NCBI GenBank assembly: GCA_964584035.1
Contig: CAZOYL010000088.1
Span: forward strand, 1 to 11,326
Length of the DNA stretch: 11,326 nucleotides
Reading direction: 5' to 3'
From: an uncultured Gemmatimonadota bacterium
GTDB taxonomy: Bacteria > SM23-81
Shown: piece after piece, positions 6,845 to 11,326 of the stretch
Layout: each line of letters opens with the position of its first letter
Numbering within the stretch: the first letter of the stretch is position 1
Notes under the pieces: generated by a model
What the model saw: the letters and a program-made list of their open reading frames with translations, nothing else
Databases searched by the model: none
What the model was told of the DNA's origin: nothing
Translations under genes and position numbers: made by a program

Positions 6845-9800
6845 TCAGAATCTGAGTTCGGTCCAAAATCCGAGCTCTCGGACTCTCCGTTTCTGGTTCG
6901 TCTTACGATCGTCGCTGTTCATCCAGACGGCATTTAATCCGCCGGTGACATTCTTGCTGAAACTGTAACTGGCCGTCGGCTGCACCCGTAATTCCTTGGT
7001 ATCGGCCTTGACATTGAAACCCAAGCCCTGTAGAGCGGTCCGCTCCACATTCTTCCGGGTGGAGACATCCAGAGAGAGGTTTAAATTGCTGGTGAACTTG
7101 ATACGCCCGAGAAGAGGAAGGCGAATGCCCTGGGGAGAGCTGAATGAATAGCCGATGTTGAAAGAATAGGTCTGTTCTTCCCGCTTGGTTGTGGTCGCCG
7201 AGCCATAGAATATCTTCTGTTCGCTGAATACTTTTGTGGTCTTCAGGGTCGTGCTGACATTTTTCTTCCAGCGCGCCGTCCAGGCCAGCAGCGGGGAGTA
7301 ATCCTTGGTTTCCGATTCGGAGCTCAGCTTGTGCAATCCCTCGTCCCCTTTTTCCTCATGCTTTCTGGCGTAACCGAAATCCAGGCTGGAGGCCTCCAGC
7401 AGCATGCCCAGAGGACCCAGCTTATTCACATTGCCCCACCGAATCGAGATGTCCGGGAAATTCACCGTCTTCGTCTGATCGGCCTTATCCGGCGTCCTGT
7501 TGATGTTATCGCGCAGTTTATAGCTGGTCCCCAGATCGATGCCGGGCACGATCTCCACTCCCGTTTTGATGCTCCAACTGGAGGAAATTCCCTCGCGATT
7601 GTTCTGGTAAACCTGCGGATTCTGAGCGGATTGCGGATCCTCGGTCAATCCCAGCTGAAATTTCCAGGAGGGGCGAGAGACTAATCCGGCGAGGTTAAAA
7701 TTCTTGTCCCTCTGATAGCTGGCCCGAACGGGGTCGATCCGGCCGGTCAGTTTTCTGATTTGAAAAACGAACCATTGGGGCGAACCGGGTCCGACTTCGG
7801 CCGACTTGGGTTTGGCCCAATCGCCGAACAGTTTCTTGAAATTCAGGCTGAGATCGACCGACTGGGCATTCTTGACGCTCACCGACCGGCCTCCGCTGGC
7901 CCCGCTGTTGGGATCGTTGTTCTCAGAGTAGTCCGCCCGGTAACTATAGCTGTTGGACAGGAACTTCACGATGGTCGGCTGGTAATCGAGCGTGGCCGTC
8001 TGCTTCCTACTAAGCTCCTTTCCCAGGCGCAACTTGCCCAGATCGATGCGACGGTCATCGCGCAGATCCATGATATTGGAAATACTGTAATCGGTCTTCA
8101 GACTTTTCAACAGATTGAAGCCCACCTCGGCCCGATTCTCCAGATCCCGGTTATAGGTGGTCTTCTCGTTCGCCAGGCGATCGATCTGATAGGTTCTTCT
8201 CCTGGCCAGCGAAGAATTGAAGTCAAGGCGGCTGGGCAGCGGAGAGAATGCCGTCCCCGAAAACAGCTCCGGCAGGATCCCGGTCGTCCAGCCCAACGGC
8301 TTCAGGGAAATCTGCTTTCGCGGGGTGAGATCATAGCTCAGGGAAGCCTCGTAGCTGGAAGAGTTGCTGACAGGATGGGTGGGCGTGCGGCTTTCTCTTT
8401 GTGAAAGAGCCAGATCTGTCCGGATCCGTTCCAGAGTCCAGGCCACGATCCAATTTCCGGACTTCTTGGCCTTGCTGAGGGAGATATTGGCCGTCCGGGT
8501 GTCCGACTCGGTGCGATCGGCCTCCCTCTGCGCGGCGGGAAGGACGATATCGGATCCCGGCTTCAGCCTGGGAAGCTGAAGTTCGGTCGCCCAGGATCCC
8601 TGCAGCGGCAGTGAAAATCCCCAGCTGGCTGGCAGAAATTTGTCCAGATGCAGGCTGCCTCTGATGTTCCTGCGGCTGGTGGTCATGCCCGATCCGGTCT
8701 TTTCTCTGAGGCCGCGAAACTCGCTGTCTTTCTGACGATACGAAAATGAGAATCCGGCAAAATCGGCAAAATCAGCATCCACCGAAACCCGCCCCGCCCA
8801 ACCGGCTACCCGCCGTACATCGGTGACCAGCAGCTCGTCCAGCCAGATCTCGCCGGTGATCACATCTTCGGAACGATTGATGATACCGATCTCGAACCAT
8901 TTCACCGAAGAGAGCGAGGGCCGCCCATAAATCCTGTAATTCCCATCGGTTGTATCGAGTACCGCGCCTTCCTGCCCCTCGATCCGCCTCAGAGCAGCAT
9001 CTTTCAGGCCGGTGATCTCCTCGAAGTTGATGACCACCTCATTGCGGCCATCCCACAGCTGGGACGCGTAGTAGACCGGGGTATGATACTCATAATAATC
9101 ATTGCCGCTGTCACCCAGGCGGAAATAGAACTCCACCCGGCTGGAATCACCAGGAGAGCATCCCTCGCTGCCGTGAACGAACATTCGTAGCTCCCCGTAT
9201 CCGGTGTAATCCTCGCGGGAATAGAGTATTCGTTGAGCCGACCCGTAATGCTGGGGCCGAAGATTAGAAAATTGCATAACCAGAGATTGTTCCCTCTTGG
9301 GGATATTGGTGGCCCGGTCCTTTTCAGGAGTCACTCCGGGCGGCGAACGGTAATCCTCATTCTCGTGGGTGTTCTTCACCGCCAGATCGAAACTCTCATC
9401 GGCCCCGATATCCTGGCTGAGCGAGTCGGCCTGGGCCACACCCAGTTCCTCCCATTTGTTGCCCACGATCTCCAGAGAAGCAATCTGCACCAATGTGGAC
9501 CTCGTCACTCCGGTGATCCACAGGCGGGCATACTTGATCGTGCGCCAGTCGACATCGGCCGAGCCTCTTTTATGAAACCAGTCCGCCAGAGAATCCCTCA
9601 GGGCCACGCGGTAGAGCCGCCAGCCGTTGCTCTCGGTGCCGATGACCTGGTTGACGGTGTCGGACAGATCGATGTTGAACTGGAAATATCCGTTCTCGGT
9701 CTCCAGGTATCCCGATTTATCCAGATCCTCGGTATCCGGGCGCCGTCCGGCATCGGGATCGTCGGCATTTCCCTCCGTGCCGTTAATGCGCCGGTAGTCG

Positions 9801-11326
9801 TATTTATTCACGCTGGTATCATAGTACCAATCATCATTGCCGTCGTCGCCGGCCACGCCGGCACCATCTTTGCCGGCCACACCGTCCAGCCCGGTGTCCT
9901 CATCTTCATCCAGGATCCCGTCCCGCACTCCGTTGCGGACTTTATCTTCGGTGTCGAGGATGCCATCTGCGTTGATGTCCTCACTGATGATGCCCAGATC
10001 GATGCTGAGAACTCCCTCATCGCCCTTGACCCACAGCTCGAGATATTTGCTCCTTCTCTGGTCCCAATATCCCTGGGAGAAATATCGCATGATGCCGCCC
10101 CATTGTTCATCGGACGGAGCGCTCAGACTGGTGTCCGGAGTGAACTCCAGATTCAGAGTGTGAATGCGGCTGTCCTCGCTGAGCGTCTTCTTATTGGGCC
10201 AGATATCCTGAACCAGAACCCGGTCCCAGGGATTGTACCAGATGAGACCTCCCCGAGCCGTACTGTCGGGAAGAGGTTCGTTGAAATCATCGAGCGGCTC
10301 GCTGGATCGCGTCCAGGTTGTTCTCATGACCGACAGATTGAGGGCCTCTTTGCTGCCCTCGAAATCGTCGATATAGGCTTCCCCTAATGTATTCGGATTG
10401 GGCAGGCTCTGAGCCACCTCAGCAGAGATATTAAATGAGGAGGGCTGGTCGGTCTCCACCAGAGGTACGGCGTTCACGGCCGCGGACATGATGGAAGGCT
10501 GGAACTTGAGGGCCATGTCCGCGTCCCAGACGAAGGTTCGGGTGGGCTCCTGCCCCACGCGGGGCTTCTGCTCCAGGGTCTTCTCGCTGCGGAATAGGGC
10601 CGTGGCCCCGAATTGGGCATTCTCCCCCAGGTCATACTCCGCCCTGGTGCCCAACAGGGTCTTCTGCGCCGGCATAAAGAAAGGGGCATAATCGAAATCG
10701 ACGCTCACATCGGCGTTGGGATTGGTGGCTTTTTCGGAAAGCAGGGAGATCTGACCGATCTCGTAGATGACGCTGTAATCCCGGCCCTCCTGGAGTCGTT
10801 CGCCGCTGGCGGTGACCACCACACTGCCGTCGATAACGTTCATATAACCCAGGCTATAGGTCGTTTTCTTATTGACGAATTCCACCTTGATGTAATAACG
10901 GCTGGAATCGATCTTGGCCCTCTGGTCATCGCTGTCGTAAATGGCCGCGATCTTGTCCTCAAGCTCCAGATCGTCACTGATCGGTCCGGCCGGATCGAAG
11001 GGACGGTGGTCTGGAAAGATCAGCTCTCCCCGGCTGAGATCGACCAGATATCGTCCCAGATCTACCTCATCGTCGGGATTGGCCGCGCCGTTCAGATCGA
11101 CCTCATCGAGGCCGAAGATCTGCAGCAGGGGGGCGCCGTCCTCCTGGGTGGTCAGGGACGGCTGACTGGGAATCTCTCTGTAGATCTTGACGTGAAAATC
11201 CTGAGTGTTCTGAATATTGCGGGTTCGCAGATCATAGACGTTCTTCCATTCCAGCGCCCAGGTGGTATCCTCCGGGGTGGCGTTATGAGGTTTAATCAAC
11301 TTCAGCTGGAAGGTGGTGTCGGGAGG
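6845..11326 (-). CDS. sprA: SprA/Sov-family large outer-membrane beta-barrel (T9SS translocon homolog, cell surface protein SprA); partial, start lies beyond the right edge
   Basis: The frame is open to the window end (PPDTTFQLKLIKPH...), so the 11299 start is an artefact. SprA-type motifs: WALEWKNVY, GSVVVTASGERLQEGRDYSV, KTLLGTR, EAYIDDFEGS, IDLGIISED, EDTGLDG, PDTEDLD, IWLDEL, FADFA. Alternating beta-strand pattern in the C-terminal half and a terminal Phe (WTELRF). Confidence 0.9.
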   Translation of the reverse strand, partial: PPDTTFQLKLIKPHNATPEDTTWALEWKNVYDLRTRNIQNTQDFHVKIYREIPSQPSLTTQEDGAPLLQIFGLDEVDLNGAANPDDEVDLGRYLVDLSRGELIFPDHRPFDPAGPISDDLELEDKIAAIYDSDDQRAKIDSSRYYIKVEFVNKKTTYSLGYMNVIDGSVVVTASGERLQEGRDYSVIYEIGQISLLSEKATNPNADVSVDFDYAPFFMPAQKTLLGTRAEYDLGENAQFGATALFRSEKTLEQKPRVGQEPTRTFVWDADMALKFQPSIMSAAVNAVPLVETDQPSSFNISAEVAQSLPNPNTLGEAYIDDFEGSKEALNLSVMRTTWTRSSEPLDDFNEPLPDSTARGGLIWYNPWDRVLVQDIWPNKKTLSEDSRIHTLNLEFTPDTSLSAPSDEQWGGIMRYFSQGYWDQRRSKYLELWVKGDEGVLSIDLGIISEDINADGILDTEDKVRNGVRDGILDEDEDTGLDGVAGKDGAGVAGDDGNDDWYYDTSVNKYDYRRINGTEGNADDPDAGRRPDTEDLDKSGYLETENGYFQFNIDLSDTVNQVIGTESNGWRLYRVALRDSLADWFHKRGSADVDWRTIKYARLWITGVTRSTLVQIASLEIVGNKWEELGVAQADSLSQDIGADESFDLAVKNTHENEDYRSPPGVTPEKDRATNIPKREQSLVMQFSNLRPQHYGSAQRILYSREDYTGYGELRMFVHGSEGCSPGDSSRVEFYFRLGDSGNDYYEYHTPVYYASQLWDGRNEVVINFEEITGLKDAALRRIEGQEGAVLDTTDGNYRIYGRPSLSSVKWFEIGIINRSEDVITGEIWLDELLVTDVRRVAGWAGRVSVDADFADFAGFSFSYRQKDSEFRGLREKTGSGMTTSRRNIRGSLHLDKFLPASWGFSLPLQGSWATELQLPRLKPGSDIVLPAAQREADRTESDTRTANISLSKAKKSGNWIVAWTLERIRTDLALSQRESRTPTHPVSNSSSYEASLSYDLTPRKQISLKPLGWTTGILPELFSGTAFSPLPSRLDFNSSLARRRTYQIDRLANEKTTYNRDLENRAEVGFNLLKSLKTDYSISNIMDLRDDRRIDLGKLRLGKELSRKQTATLDYQPTIVKFLSNSYSYRADYSENNDPNSGASGGRSVSVKNAQSVDLSLNFKKLFGDWAKPKSAEVGPGSPQWFVFQIRKLTGRIDPVRASYQRDKNFNLAGLVSRPSWKFQLGLTEDPQSAQNPQVYQNNREGISSSWSIKTGVEIVPGIDLGTSYKLRDNINRTPDKADQTKTVNFPDISIRWGNVNKLGPLGMLLEASSLDFGYARKHEEKGDEGLHKLSSESETKDYSPLLAWTARWKKNVSTTLKTTKVFSEQKIFYGSATTTKREEQTYSFNIGYSFSSPQGIRLPLLGRIKFTSNLNLSLDVSTRKNVERTALQGLGFNVKADTKELRVQPTASYSFSKNVTGGLNAVWMNSDDRKTNQKRRVRELGFWTELRF

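Noticed and set aside
9233..10387. 384 aa plus-strand ORF, and the other plus-strand ORFs (e.g. 7760-8404, 3934-4536, 2951-3532, 64-450)
   Set aside because: They lie antisense to well-supported minus-strand genes, have no recognisable motifs, and are typical shadow ORFs of GC-rich DNA.
1..11326. Frequent GATC/CGATC words; search for CRISPR repeats, tRNA or rRNA
   Set aside because: GATC abundance is plausibly explained by ATC and GAT codon usage and was not quantified. I saw no spaced repeat array or RNA gene, and the intergenic gaps are very short.

Overview
GC-rich bacterial chromosomal window. All ten real genes are on the minus strand and read right to left: a 5'-truncated SprA/Sov-family giant outer-membrane beta-barrel (type IX secretion translocon homolog), comEA, then a near-consensus sigma70 promoter, a non-canonical type IV pilin-like gene, a degenerate PilM with no pilNOP, rsmD, coaD, radC, a nucleoside 2-deoxyribosyltransferase/DNPH1-like N-glycosidase, a GlcD-type FAD oxidoreductase and a 3'-truncated DUF2723 (TMEM260-like) membrane glycosyltransferase that the ORF track missed. 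SprA together with canonical Shine-Dalgarno sites and a TTGACT-17-TATGAT promoter suggests a non-Bacteroidota FCB-group lineage (inference). The most interesting items are the pilin (Arg in place of Glu5, ComGC-like Cys36/Cys76, candidate Cys3His metal site) paired with an orphan reduced PilM, and the clustering of sprA with DNA-uptake and DNA-salvage-type genes. I saw no RNA genes, CRISPR arrays or mobile elements.
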